Positions 27,572 to 37,448 are shown, counted from the first letter of the stretch. The stretch: DNA of 64,000 nucleotides from Gammaproteobacteria bacterium (GCA_022826245.1 JAJDVG010000046.1:5523-69522); one strand, 5' to 3'. Numbers and translations are program-made. The notes: generated by a model not told the origin, from the sequence alone.

Positions 27572-28276
27572 TCAGTAACGGTCGCGATGCCGAATCCAGG
27601 CCATGGTGAAGGCGAGGTCGTCCTCGTCCCGGCCCTTGGGAACGATATCCAGAAAGCGGTAGGCGCCGAGAAAGGTTTCGAGGCCGCGGGCATAGGTCGA
27701 GTAGGTGTGAAAGACTTCCCCCGCGTCGTTCTTCGCGAACACGCTCATGCCCGGTAGTTCGGTGCCCGGAACGCCGGGCTCATTGCGATAGTTGTATTCG
27801 ATATCGCCCTTGTCGATCTGCTCCTGAGTGAAGGAAACCCGAAAGTCCCCGCTGAAATCGTTGTCGGCGGAGGACACCCACTTGAAGTCCCAGCCCATGC
27901 GCTGCCGGAAAGCTTCGAGCTTCGCGATCGGGGCGCGCGAAACGGCCGCCATCGTGACGTCGCGCTGGCGCAGATGGACCACCAGCGGCGTGAAGTGATC
28001 GGCCATGAAGGAGCAGATCATGCAGCCTTCGTCCCAGGCGGGATCGAACATGAAGTGGTAGACGACGAGCTGGCCCTTGCCGTCGAAGAGTTGAGCCAGC
28101 GTCTCGCGGCCGTTCGGGCCATCGAAAACGTAGTCCCTTTCAACTCGCTCCCAGGGCAGATCCCTGATGCTGCGGCTCAAGCGATCGCGCAGACGCGAAA
28201 ACTCCTTCTCCCGCGCCAGCAGCTCCTTGCGGGCGGCGATCCAGTCATCATGTGAAACGACTCGCGGTCTGCTCAT
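27572..28276 (-). CDS. DUF899 thioredoxin-like protein
   Basis: WIAARKELLAREKEFSRLRDRL...LPWERVERDYVFDGPNG...LVVYHFMFDPAWDEGCMICS is the characteristic DUF899 pattern. Confidence 0.8.
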   Translation of the reverse strand: MSRPRVVSHDDWIAARKELLAREKEFSRLRDRLSRSIRDLPWERVERDYVFDGPNGRETLAQLFDGKGQLVVYHFMFDPAWDEGCMICSFMADHFTPLVVHLRQRDVTMAAVSRAPIAKLEAFRQRMGWDFKWVSSADNDFSGDFRVSFTQEQIDKGDIEYNYRNEPGVPGTELPGMSVFAKNDAGEVFHTYSTYARGLETFLGAYRFLDIVPKGRDEDDLAFTMAWIRHRDRY

Positions 28277-28323
28277 GGCTTCATCGCTTCCCGGCCGGTT
28301 GTAAAGCGTGTCCGTCGGATCGG

Positions 28324-29682
28324 TCAGGGACCGGCCATGTAGTCCACGGTCAGGTGGGTCAGCACGCGAACGCCGGTCACGAGCGCCGCTTCATCCACGT
28401 AGAACAACGGCGAATGATTGGCGGGAGCCGTCGCGGCGTCGACATCCGGCGGCGTCACTCCGAGAGTGAGATAGAGCGCCGGCACTTCGAGGGCGAAGAA
28501 CGAAAAGTCCTCCGCGACGGTGCGCGGTTCCGCCTCGACCATGTTTTCGCGGCCGACCACGCGCTCGATGGTAGGCAACATCTGGCGTGTCAGGTCGCGG
28601 TCGTTGGCCGTCACCGGGTACATCTCGACGATCTCGAAATCGGCCCGTGCGCCCGCCGACTCCGCGATCGCGTTGACGGTGGTGCGTAACCTCTCGTGCA
28701 CCATGTCGCGGGTCGCCATGTCGAGGTTGCGGATCGTGCCGATCAACTCCACCGAGTCGGGAATGATGTTTTCGCGTATTCCGCCGTTGATCGCGCCGAA
28801 GCTGACGATGGCGGGCGCGCGTGTGAGATCCACCTGGCGGCTCACGATGGTCTGGACGCCGGTGATGATCTGCGCCGCCGTCACGATCGGATCCACTCCG
28901 TCCCAGGGGCGTGCGCCGTGGGTCTGACGGCCGCGGACGGTGAGCCGGAACCGATCCGCGCTCGCCATGATCGCTCCGGCCCGATAGCCGATCTGACCCG
29001 TGTTGAGATTCGAAAACGCATGCATTCCGAAGATCACGTCGGGGCGATAGCGCTCGAACAGCCCCTCCTTGAGCATCAGTTCCGCGCCGCCTTCCTCGCC
29101 TTCGGGCGCCCCTTCCTCGGCGGGCTGGAAGATGAAGAGCACCGAACCCGGCAACTCGTCCCTGAGCGTCACGAGGTTCTGCGCCACGCCGAGCACCATG
29201 GCCATGTGGGTGTCGTGACCGCAGGCGTGCATCACGCCGACCTCCTGCCCGCGAAACTCCACGCGTTCGGTCGAAGCGAAGGGCAGATCCGAGACCTCGG
29301 TCACAGGCAGGGCGTCCATGTCGGCGCGAATGGCCACGAGGGGCCTCTCCTGGGCGCCGCGCAGGTAAGCCACGACGCCGGTGTGGGCGATCCCGGTCTC
29401 GACCTCGAGACCCATGCCGCGCAGTGCGTCTGCAACCACGCCCGAAGTACGAAACTCGCGGTTGCTGAGTTCGGGAAACTGATGGAAGTCCCGCCGCCAG
29501 GCGATGACCTGAGCCTCGCCCTCGGCCGAGAGCTCGTCGATGCGCGAGTCCTGGGCCACGGCGGAGTGCGCGAACAGGCCGATGGATATGACTGCGACGG
29601 CCAGCCCTGCCGATGCGGCGCGTCGCCGCAGGCTGTCGGCAGGTCGGGAGTGTGTTTCACGCCTGCAAGTTGTTGATGTCAT
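28324..29682 (-). CDS. M20D-family amidohydrolase (aminoacylase/hippurate-hydrolase-like), secreted
   Basis: Signal peptide. MHACGHDTHMAMVLG and FIFQPAEEG metal-binding blocks. Confidence 0.85.
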   Translation of the reverse strand: MTSTTCRRETHSRPADSLRRRAASAGLAVAVISIGLFAHSAVAQDSRIDELSAEGEAQVIAWRRDFHQFPELSNREFRTSGVVADALRGMGLEVETGIAHTGVVAYLRGAQERPLVAIRADMDALPVTEVSDLPFASTERVEFRGQEVGVMHACGHDTHMAMVLGVAQNLVTLRDELPGSVLFIFQPAEEGAPEGEEGGAELMLKEGLFERYRPDVIFGMHAFSNLNTGQIGYRAGAIMASADRFRLTVRGRQTHGARPWDGVDPIVTAAQIITGVQTIVSRQVDLTRAPAIVSFGAINGGIRENIIPDSVELIGTIRNLDMATRDMVHERLRTTVNAIAESAGARADFEIVEMYPVTANDRDLTRQMLPTIERVVGRENMVEAEPRTVAEDFSFFALEVPALYLTLGVTPPDVDAATAPANHSPLFYVDEAALVTGVRVLTHLTVDYMAGP

Positions 29683-29703
29683 GAAGCAGAGCCTCCTGTT
29701 CGT

Positions 29704-29994
29704 TTATCCATCCCACGAGGGCCGACGCGCGTATCGTGCCCTGACCGCTGCGTCGGGCTCAACCGGCGCGTCGAGCGCAGCGACAAACGCATCCCAGGTT
29801 TCATCGTCCAGGGAGATGGCGGGCTGCTCGTTCAAGGTCTTGATTGCGGCGGCATCGCGCACCGCCGGTGTATTCAAGAATGCGCTCGATGTATCCATCA
29901 AGTGTTCCAGAAGGCGATGATCCGCCTGCGTGTCCCGCCGCGAAATGGTATTCCCTCCGTCAAGACGCGGTCGCGCATCGGCCGATTGTCTCAC
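29704..29994 (-). CDS. DUF1778 (TacA-like) antitoxin-like protein, no toxin partner
   Basis: The C-terminal ISLDDETWDAFVAALDAPVEPDAAVRARYARRPSW resembles the DUF1778 tail. The ATG at 29898 gives 64 aa. A GTG at 29994 gives about 96 aa and restores an RHH-length N-terminus. The start is uncertain. Confidence 0.45.
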   Translation of the reverse strand: MRQSADARPRLDGGNTISRRDTQADHRLLEHLMDTSSAFLNTPAVRDAAAIKTLNEQPAISLDDETWDAFVAALDAPVEPDAAVRARYARRPSWDG

Positions 29995-30189
29995 GCGACC
30001 GATCGAATTGTCGCTTACGAGTGGAAACGTCACGACGATGAAGCGTTTCCGGCGCGGCCTGAATACCGTTAAGATGCTCGAAGGCGATTCCGGCCGGTCA
30101 GGCGTATTGTCCCGGCCAGGCCGGCAGCGGCCGATCGGCGCCGGCCTGGCGCATGATCGGCGTACCACAACACGAAGGGGGGGGATACT

Positions 30190-31422
30190 GTGAACAGAAA
30201 ATCATGGACCGCTGCGGGGCTTGCCGCGGCACTGCTGTTTGGCGTTGCGGGATGTTCGCAGGAAGCGCCGCCGGCGCCGGCAGAGGAGCCGCCTCCGCCT
30301 GCGGTCGACGCGGACGCCGGCGCCGCCGATGCCAACGCGGCCGATGCCGAAGGCACGAACGATTCCGGCGTACCGCAGTACGAAGTCGATGCGTCCTGGC
30401 CCGGCGAGCTGCCGGAGAACTGGATACTCGGCCAGGTTGCGGGCATCGCTGTCGACTCGAACGACCACGTCTGGCTCGTGCACCGGCCGCGAACGATCAC
30501 GGCGCACGAAGCCGCGGCCGTGCAGAATCCGCCGACGGCCGATTGCTGCACGCCGGCGCCTTCGGTCGTCGAATTCGACGCCGATGGCCGGTTCGTGCAG
30601 GCCTGGGGCGGCCCGACCTGGGATCAGGAGTCCGGCGCCTGGATCGACTCCGAGGACGACTGGCCGTTCAACGAACACGGCATCTTCGTCGATGCCGAGG
30701 ACAACGTCTGGCTCGCCGGGAACGGCGACACCGACCACATCGTCCTGAAGATGAGCCGCGACGGCGAGCGCCTGCTGACGATCGGCCGGCTCAACGAGAA
30801 CGGCGGCAGCAACGACACCGAGCGTCTCGGCCGGCCAGCGGATGTATTCGCCGACGTCGACGCGCGCGAGGTTTACGTGGCGGACGGCTACCTCAACAGG
30901 CGGGTCATCGTCTTCAACATGGATACGGGCGCCTACAAGCGCCATTGGGGCGCATACGGCAACACGCCGTCGGACGACGAGTTGCCGGCCTACGAGCCCG
31001 GAGGCGAGCCGTTGGCGGACTTCAGCGGACCGGTCCACGGCATCGAGCTTACGAGCGACGGCCTGGTCTACGTGGCCGACCGTACCAGCAACCGGATCCA
31101 GGTTTTCGAGCGTGACGGGACGTTCGTCTCCGAGCACCTGGTCGCCCCGTGGACGCTCGACCAGGGTGCGGCATGGGACATCGAGCGGGCCGGATTCGCT
31201 GACGAGGCCTGGCTCTTCGTCTCCGACGGCCACAACAAGCGGATCTGGATTCTCGACCGCGAGACGATGGAGGTCGTGGACTCGTTCGGCCGCGGCGGCA
31301 GGAACGCGGGCCAGTTCGAATGGGTGCACAACATCGCCTCCGACTCCGGAGGCAACCTCTACACGTCCGAAGTCAACACCGGCAAGCGCGTGCAGAAATT
31401 CCGCCGGATCGTCGCCGAATAG
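30190..31422 (+). CDS. NHL-repeat beta-propeller lipoprotein (peptidyl-alpha-hydroxyglycine lyase-like)
   Basis: Lipobox LFGVAGC and a Pro/Ala-rich linker. Repeated blocks V.VDS.DHVW / VADGY.NRRV.VF / VYVADRTSNRIQVF / LYTSEV..GKRVQKF. Confidence 0.65.
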   Translation: MNRKSWTAAGLAAALLFGVAGCSQEAPPAPAEEPPPPAVDADAGAADANAADAEGTNDSGVPQYEVDASWPGELPENWILGQVAGIAVDSNDHVWLVHRPRTITAHEAAAVQNPPTADCCTPAPSVVEFDADGRFVQAWGGPTWDQESGAWIDSEDDWPFNEHGIFVDAEDNVWLAGNGDTDHIVLKMSRDGERLLTIGRLNENGGSNDTERLGRPADVFADVDAREVYVADGYLNRRVIVFNMDTGAYKRHWGAYGNTPSDDELPAYEPGGEPLADFSGPVHGIELTSDGLVYVADRTSNRIQVFERDGTFVSEHLVAPWTLDQGAAWDIERAGFADEAWLFVSDGHNKRIWILDRETMEVVDSFGRGGRNAGQFEWVHNIASDSGGNLYTSEVNTGKRVQKFRRIVAE

Positions 31423-31545
31423 GCGTAACGGCGGAACGGCAGCACACCAGGCTTGCGCCACGGGCGGTCAGACCCTGACCGGGCGCTGACCGCCCGGCAG
31501 CTTGGCTCCGGGCGCCAAGAGCTGACGCAAGGAACCAGGCGATTC

Positions 31546-33441
31546 ATGGCGCGTGTTCTGACGCTGATCGAGCAGCTCTATCTCGGGGCGATCGTCGTCG
31601 TCGGCATCGCCTGGATCACGGATGTCCCGAGGTTCGCAGGATTGTCGCCGATCGCGGCGGAGTGGATCGGACTGCTGCTCGGCATCGGCATCGCCGGCGC
31701 GTTGCTCAAATATCCGTATCTGCAGCGCTTCAGGATCGTCGATGCGCTGCTCGGCATCGTCGCGCTCGGCTGCTGGCTCTGGATGTCGGTCAACTACAAC
31801 GACTGGATCATCGACGTCTCCGGCTACACGGCCGACAAGTTCGTTCCCGGCGTCGTCGCGATCGTGTTGCTCATGGAAGCGATCCGCAAGTCCGCGGGCC
31901 TGCCGATCACGGTTCTCGTCTGGCTGCTCATCGCCTATGGGCTCTTCGGTTACCTGCTGCCTGCGCCGGTTCGGGGCGAAGCGCTGCCGCCGCAGGCATT
32001 CGTGATGTACGTGTACGCCGATACCAACGGAATACCCGGCCTCGTCATGACGGTTGTCGGTACGCTGGTGCTCGCGTTCGTCGTGCTCGGCCGCCTGATG
32101 GAGGTCAGCGGAGCGACGAAGTTCTTCACCGATCTCGCGCTTGCCGGCATGGGACACAAGCGCGGCGGGCCGGCCAAGGTCGCGGTCGTCGCCTCGAGCA
32201 TCTTCGGCTCGATCAACGGCACGGCGATCGGCAACATCATGTCGACCGGGATCGTGACGATCCCGCTCATGAAGAAGTCCGGCTTCAGGGCGCGTTTCGC
32301 CGGAGCGATCGAGGCGGTCGCTTCCAACGGCGGACAGATCGCGCCGCCGGTCATGGGCGCGACGGCCTTTCTGATCGCGGAGTTCCTGCAGCGCAGCTAT
32401 GTCGAGGTGGTCGTGGCCGCGCTCGTGCCGGCGCTGCTCTACTACGTGAGCCTGTTCCTGCAGGTCGATGCCATCGCGGCGCGTTACTCGCTGCACGGCA
32501 TGGACAGGCGCGATCTGCCGAATGCGCGTTCGCTGCTGCGCAGCGGTTGGGTATTCCTGCTGCCGTTGATCGTGCTGATCTGGCTGCTCTTCGGGCGCGG
32601 CTTCGACCCGGCGCTGTCGGCTCTCGCCGCGATGGCGACCCTGTTCGTGCTCATGGCGGTGCTGCGGCGACGCCTGATGAGCTTGCGGACGATCGTGCGG
32701 ATCATCGTCGGCGGGGGCGAGAACATGCTGCCGTTGCTCATGATCGCAGGCGGCGCGGGCGTCGTGATCGGCGTCATGAACATCACGGGACTCGGTTTCT
32801 CGCTCTCGATCATGCTGAGCCAGATCGGCCAGAACGCCGGTATCTTCGTCATGCTGCTGCTGACCGCGGCGATCTCGATCGTGCTCGGCATGGGGATGCC
32901 GACGACGGCGATCTATGTCGTGTTGTCTGTCGTGCTTGCGCCTGCGATCGTCGAGATGGGCGTCGATCCGATGGCGGCGCATCTCTTCATCTTCTACTTC
33001 GGCTTGCTTTCGTTCCTGACGCCGCCCGTGGCGATTGCGAGTTTCGTCGCCGCGAACCTGGCCGGGAGCGGCATGTGGCGGACCGCGTTCGAGGGCGTGA
33101 AGCTCGCGGCCATCGCCTATCTCCTGCCGTTTCTGTGGTCGTTCAACCCGGCGCTGATCATGGACGGTTCGCCGCTCGAGATCGTCTACGCGATCGGGAC
33201 GGCGCTAGTTGGCGCGCTCATGATCACCCAAGGCATGCAATGGGTGCGGCTGTCGGACCTCAGGGAACTCGCACTCGGACTTGCGTTGTTCGCCGGCGCC
33301 ATCGCGGTCGGCGGCAGCACGATCTGGTTCGGAGCGGACTCGGCGCTCAACGCGGTGACGGGGCTCGTCGGGGTCGCGGTGTTGTTTGCCGTGTCCAGAG
33401 TCACACGCGCACGGCTGCGCCCCGAGATGCCGCAGGCGTAG
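31546..33441 (+). CDS. TRAP transporter fused permease (4TM/12TM, TAXI-type)
   Basis: Trimmed to MARVLTLIEQ. 631 aa and highly hydrophobic, with blocks GGPAKVAVVASSIFGSINGTAIGN and GMGMPTTAIYVVLS. Confidence 0.85.
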   Translation: MARVLTLIEQLYLGAIVVVGIAWITDVPRFAGLSPIAAEWIGLLLGIGIAGALLKYPYLQRFRIVDALLGIVALGCWLWMSVNYNDWIIDVSGYTADKFVPGVVAIVLLMEAIRKSAGLPITVLVWLLIAYGLFGYLLPAPVRGEALPPQAFVMYVYADTNGIPGLVMTVVGTLVLAFVVLGRLMEVSGATKFFTDLALAGMGHKRGGPAKVAVVASSIFGSINGTAIGNIMSTGIVTIPLMKKSGFRARFAGAIEAVASNGGQIAPPVMGATAFLIAEFLQRSYVEVVVAALVPALLYYVSLFLQVDAIAARYSLHGMDRRDLPNARSLLRSGWVFLLPLIVLIWLLFGRGFDPALSALAAMATLFVLMAVLRRRLMSLRTIVRIIVGGGENMLPLLMIAGGAGVVIGVMNITGLGFSLSIMLSQIGQNAGIFVMLLLTAAISIVLGMGMPTTAIYVVLSVVLAPAIVEMGVDPMAAHLFIFYFGLLSFLTPPVAIASFVAANLAGSGMWRTAFEGVKLAAIAYLLPFLWSFNPALIMDGSPLEIVYAIGTALVGALMITQGMQWVRLSDLRELALGLALFAGAIAVGGSTIWFGADSALNAVTGLVGVAVLFAVSRVTRARLRPEMPQA

Positions 33442-33497
33442 CAAGCCGCTCGAAGGACCGGCGCGGACATACGTGCCTGTTCCGGACAACCTCGTCT

Positions 33498-34928
33498 TCA
33501 GACGACCCCGAACGCCGGCCAGTACGTCGCAAGCAGGTAGCCGGCCCCGATAAGCACGACAAGGATCATGGCGGTCAGCCACAGGCCGCGCGTGAACATC
33601 ATCTTGAGGTTTACGCCGTAGCCCGCGGCGAGCGCCGGTCCGCCCGACGACGAAGGCAGCATGAGGCCGTAGTTGCCCGCCGCCGCGACGATGTAGACGA
33701 ACGGCACGGGATTCATGCCGAGGCTCTGAAACGTCGTGATGGTGATCGGCACGATGATGGCGACGGCTGCCGTGTTGTTCGTGATCTGGGTCATGAGCAC
33801 GGTCAGGAACACGAAGACGACGATGGCGACGAAGCCGCCGCCGCCCGCAAGCGGAATGAGCAGATCCGCGAGGAATCGGGCCGTGCCGGTTTCGCTCAGG
33901 ATCATGCCGAGCGCCGAGCCTCCGGCGAACAGGTAGATGAGCCCCCAGACCATGTGACGCTGGGCGTACTTCCACTCGAGCAGCGCTTCGCCCTTGTGCC
34001 GCACCGCAAAGCTCAGAATCCCGAATACGAGGAACGCGAACGCCGGCGTCAGCCCGGGCAGGATGTCCGCGTAGAGCTGGCGCGTGAACGCGAGCAGCGT
34101 CGCCGCGACGAAAAAGCCGAGGCCCCATTTCTCGGGAGTGCTCATCCTGCCGAGCGCCTCGAGTTCGCCGGCGAACCACTCGCGCGTGCCTTCGACGTGA
34201 TCCATCTCGGGCTTGAGCGCAAAGCGCATGTAGACGAAGGTCACGACACAGATCAACGCAGTCAGCGGCAAGAGCCGCAGCGCCCAGGTGGAGAACAGGA
34301 ATTCGCCGTCAATGAGCTGCTGTTCGATGAACTGCACTGTCAGCAGGTTCGGCGCGCCGCCCATGGGCGTTCCGGATCCGCCGACGGCTGTGCCCCAGGC
34401 GACGGCAATGAGCAGCGCCGACCCGAACGCGCTCTTGCCGACATCCTCGATCCCGATGAAACGCAACATCGCGAGGACGATCGGCATCATCGTCGCCGCG
34501 ATGACGGTGTTCGGCAGGAAAGTGCTCAGGATGGCGGCGATCGCGAACCAGGCGAGGATGTGCTGGCGCGTGCTCGTGCCGATGCCCATGAGCGAGACGA
34601 GCGCGATGCGCCGGTCGAGTCCCCAGCGCGACCACAAGGACGCAAGCATGTTGGCGCCGAGCAGCAGTATGACGAGCTGCTGGGCGTACGCCGGCAGTAT
34701 CGTGCCGACGGGCAGGAAGTCGAACACCGCAAGCACGACCAGCGGCAGGAAGCCCGTGACGGCGAGGTGGACGGGCTGGGTGATCCACCACCACGACATC
34801 CACAGCAGCAGGCCGATGCTGCCGCGCACGGGATAGGGCACGCCGGGCAACGGCAGCGCGACGAGCAGCAGGAAGGCGGCCGGTCCGCCGACGAGGTGGT
34901 GCAGACGGGAGCCGCGTGCGGCGGTCAC
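33498..34928 (-). CDS. SLC13/DASS-family anion:sodium symporter
   Basis: 476-aa polytopic protein with WWITQPVHLAVTGFLPLV and GSGTPMGGAPNLL hairpin-type motifs. Confidence 0.8.
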   Translation of the reverse strand: MTAARGSRLHHLVGGPAAFLLLVALPLPGVPYPVRGSIGLLLWMSWWWITQPVHLAVTGFLPLVVLAVFDFLPVGTILPAYAQQLVILLLGANMLASLWSRWGLDRRIALVSLMGIGTSTRQHILAWFAIAAILSTFLPNTVIAATMMPIVLAMLRFIGIEDVGKSAFGSALLIAVAWGTAVGGSGTPMGGAPNLLTVQFIEQQLIDGEFLFSTWALRLLPLTALICVVTFVYMRFALKPEMDHVEGTREWFAGELEALGRMSTPEKWGLGFFVAATLLAFTRQLYADILPGLTPAFAFLVFGILSFAVRHKGEALLEWKYAQRHMVWGLIYLFAGGSALGMILSETGTARFLADLLIPLAGGGGFVAIVVFVFLTVLMTQITNNTAAVAIIVPITITTFQSLGMNPVPFVYIVAAAGNYGLMLPSSSGGPALAAGYGVNLKMMFTRGLWLTAMILVVLIGAGYLLATYWPAFGVV

Positions 34929-35078
34929 GTCGCGAGTGCCCGCCGGTGCGCCCGGGACCGGGTCCGCCCGTACCGGCGACAGGGCCGTGGGTGACGCGCT
35001 GAAGTCATCTCGCGAGCACGCGCCAGCGCGCCGGGGACCGGTCTTGCCGTCGACAAGGCCGTGAGCGATGCGCCGACA

Positions 35079-36305
35079 TCACGTCGCGAGCGCCGCCTGC
35101 CACGCGTCGGCGTACTTGTAGCCGCTGCCCGTATTGAACAGCACGATCGTCTCGTCCCGGCCGATCCTGCCCTGCGCGGCGAGCTTCTCGACGGCGACGA
35201 GGCCCGCGCCGCCTTCGGGCGCGGCGAAGATTCCTTCGAGGCGAGCCATGTCCCCGCACGCCGTCATGAGTTCGGTGTCGCTGGCCGCAATCGCTTCGCC
35301 GCCACTTGCATAGATTCCGTCGAGAATCAGAAAGTCGCCGAGCGCCTTGGGCACGCGCAGGCCGGCGGCCACCGTTTCGGCATTGTCGAAGAACTCCGAT
35401 TCCGCCGCGCCCTGCCCGAAGGCCCGGACGATCGGCGCGCAGCCTTCCGCCTGCGCGGAGATCATCCTTGGGCGTGCGCTGCCGACGAGACCCATCGCGC
35501 CGAGTTCCTCGAACGCCTTCCACATGCCGATCAGGCCGACGCCGCCGCCGGTCGGGTAGACGATCGCATCGGGAAGCGCACCGTCGAATTCCTCCCAGAG
35601 CTCGTAACCCATCGTCTTCTTGCCTTCGATGCGGTAGGGCTCCTTCAGGGTCGATACTTCGAACCAGCCTTGGTCGGCCGCGTGTTCGGCGATGTACCTG
35701 CCGCAGTCCGAGATCAGGCCGTCGATCATGTGCACGTCCGCGCCGAAGGCGCGCGACTCGATGACGTTGGCGGCCGGCGTGTCGGTCGGCATGGCGATGA
35801 CGCAGCCGATGCCCGCCGTGGCCGCATAGGCCGCCGCCGCGCCGCCGGCATTGCCGGCCGTCGGCAGCGCGATGGCTGGCGCGCCGAGGGCTTTCGCCAT
35901 GGTCACGGCCGCCGAGAGCCCGCGCGCCTTGAACGAGCCCGTCGGGTTCAGCCCCTCGTCCTTGATGTAGAGACGCTCGAGGCCGAGTTGCTCGCCGAGG
36001 CGGCGCGCGTGGATCAGAGGCGTCATGCCTTCGCCGAGCGTCACGGGCGGCGTGCGGCCCCGCGGCTTCTCGCCCTCGTTGCGCGTCGCACGCGCCGCAT
36101 CGGGCAGTACCTCCGCATAGCGCCACATCGATCGGGTGCGCGTCCTGAGCGCGTCGAGCGTCAGCGTCTCGCGGGCCAGATCGAGGTCGTAACGGGCGAG
36201 CAGGGGAGAATGGCAAAGCGGGCAGAGGTTTCGGGCCGGCGCCGGCGCGAGCCGCTCGTCGCAGTTCGGGCGCGAGCATTCGAGGTGGGACAGTGTCGAG
36301 CGCAT
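35079..36305 (-). CDS. thrC: threonine synthase (PLP-dependent, N-terminal Zn-ribbon type)
   Basis: CSRPNC...CPLCHSPL ribbon. YIKDEGLNPTGSFKARG PLP-lysine block. PTAGNAGGAAAAY. Confidence 0.85.
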   Translation of the reverse strand: MRSTLSHLECSRPNCDERLAPAPARNLCPLCHSPLLARYDLDLARETLTLDALRTRTRSMWRYAEVLPDAARATRNEGEKPRGRTPPVTLGEGMTPLIHARRLGEQLGLERLYIKDEGLNPTGSFKARGLSAAVTMAKALGAPAIALPTAGNAGGAAAAYAATAGIGCVIAMPTDTPAANVIESRAFGADVHMIDGLISDCGRYIAEHAADQGWFEVSTLKEPYRIEGKKTMGYELWEEFDGALPDAIVYPTGGGVGLIGMWKAFEELGAMGLVGSARPRMISAQAEGCAPIVRAFGQGAAESEFFDNAETVAAGLRVPKALGDFLILDGIYASGGEAIAASDTELMTACGDMARLEGIFAAPEGGAGLVAVEKLAAQGRIGRDETIVLFNTGSGYKYADAWQAALAT

Positions 36306-36518
36306 CGGGCGGCAGTTTAGCAGCCCGCATCGAGCGCGATATGCAATGTGCGCGCTCGAGCCCGAATCTGGCTTTTTTCGACAGGTTTGAAGCTGGACTG
36401 CAAGCTCGATCCGGGTAATTTTGTGTCTTGTCCCTTGTGTTGGGTGAATTCGTCGACGGTCAGGCTCGCAATCATGTTTCTACTCTCGATCGTCGATTCG
36501 ATTCGCAAGGAAGTGGCA

Positions 36519-37151
36519 ATGGCATTGGGGTTGGCGGCAGCCCGCGGTCTGGTCTTGCAGACGAACGCCGAAGACGGCGACCGGGCGTATTTCACGATTA
36601 TCGACAACGCCCTCAAGTACAGGGCAAACCGGAAGATCAAGAACAACGAACCGGTCCAGATCGTTTATCTGCTGAACAGGTTCTTTGCCTGCGCGCAAAG
36701 GGACGTGCGGATCTATACCGGCAGGTTCTCGCGAACGATCGGCAATGTGCCTGCCTACTCCGATCCGCAACTGATCCGATCCGCCATCGAATTCCTGCGC
36801 AAGAAAAACACCCGCCTTGCGATCGTGATACTGGGCGAACCCGATGTCGATCCCGGGCAAGCGCTCGCGTCGCATCCTCTGTTGGCGGCCATTTCGGAAG
36901 CGGAGGACATCAGGGGAACAGTATGCGTGTCGCGCGGAGACCGCCGCGAGTGGAACGAGTTCCCGTTCCATTTCGTCATCATGGACAGCGAGGCGGCGCG
37001 TATCGAGTTCGACGGCAACACCACGGACGCCGCGGCGAAATTCGGCGATGCCCATTTTGGCGCGCGGCTCGCGAGAATATTCGACGAGTTCGAACGCCGC
37101 GGTTCGCCGCTGCTTTCGATTGGCGGCAGCGATTCGGCGACGCCAGGCTGA
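36519..37151 (+). CDS. hypothetical protein, lower-GC orphan (possible degenerate PLD-like fold)
   Basis: Start chosen at the ATG preceded by AGGAAG-N5; ATG 36474 and track start 36348 are alternatives. No catalytic motif was recognised. The hydrophobic-strand pattern (VRIYTGRFS ... LAIVILG ... PFHFVIMDSEAARIEFDGN) recalls PLD-type nucleases but lacks HxK. Confidence 0.5.
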   Translation: MALGLAAARGLVLQTNAEDGDRAYFTIIDNALKYRANRKIKNNEPVQIVYLLNRFFACAQRDVRIYTGRFSRTIGNVPAYSDPQLIRSAIEFLRKKNTRLAIVILGEPDVDPGQALASHPLLAAISEAEDIRGTVCVSRGDRREWNEFPFHFVIMDSEAARIEFDGNTTDAAAKFGDAHFGARLARIFDEFERRGSPLLSIGGSDSATPG

Positions 37152-37389
37152 CGAAGGTACCGCTGGCAGCCCGTGGCAAGGCATCGTCTCCGGGAGGGTG
37201 AAATCCTCCGGTCAACGGTTGCCCCGGCCAAATTCGCTTGACGGTCATTGACGGCTAACGAAGCCGGCGGAGGACTCACTCGGGCCGCTTGCTTCGCCTG
37301 TCGCGCGCAAGGCATCATCATCGGCCTTCGCGGCACCTTCCGATCACGCATCAAGCGCTCATTTTTCCTGTGTTCGTCGCCCGAGAGAT

Positions 37390-37448
37390 CCCGCATCCCG
37401 AAGCAGAACGCTGCGACGCGGAGACGCAACGATGAGACGGGATGCGGG
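37390..37448 (+). promoter_or_regulatory. 10-bp perfect inverted repeat bracketing the SD and ATG of the nuclease-helicase gene
   Basis: CCCGCATCCC (37390-37399) and GGGATGCGGG (37439-37448). GGAGA (37420-37424) and the ATG (37432-37434) lie in the enclosed loop. Confidence 0.35.

Noticed and set aside
31662-34994. 1110-aa plus-strand ORF
   Set aside because: It spans two convergently oriented, clearly real transporter genes (the TRAP permease and the SLC13 symporter). Its Arg/Asp/Gly-rich product is a shadow ORF.
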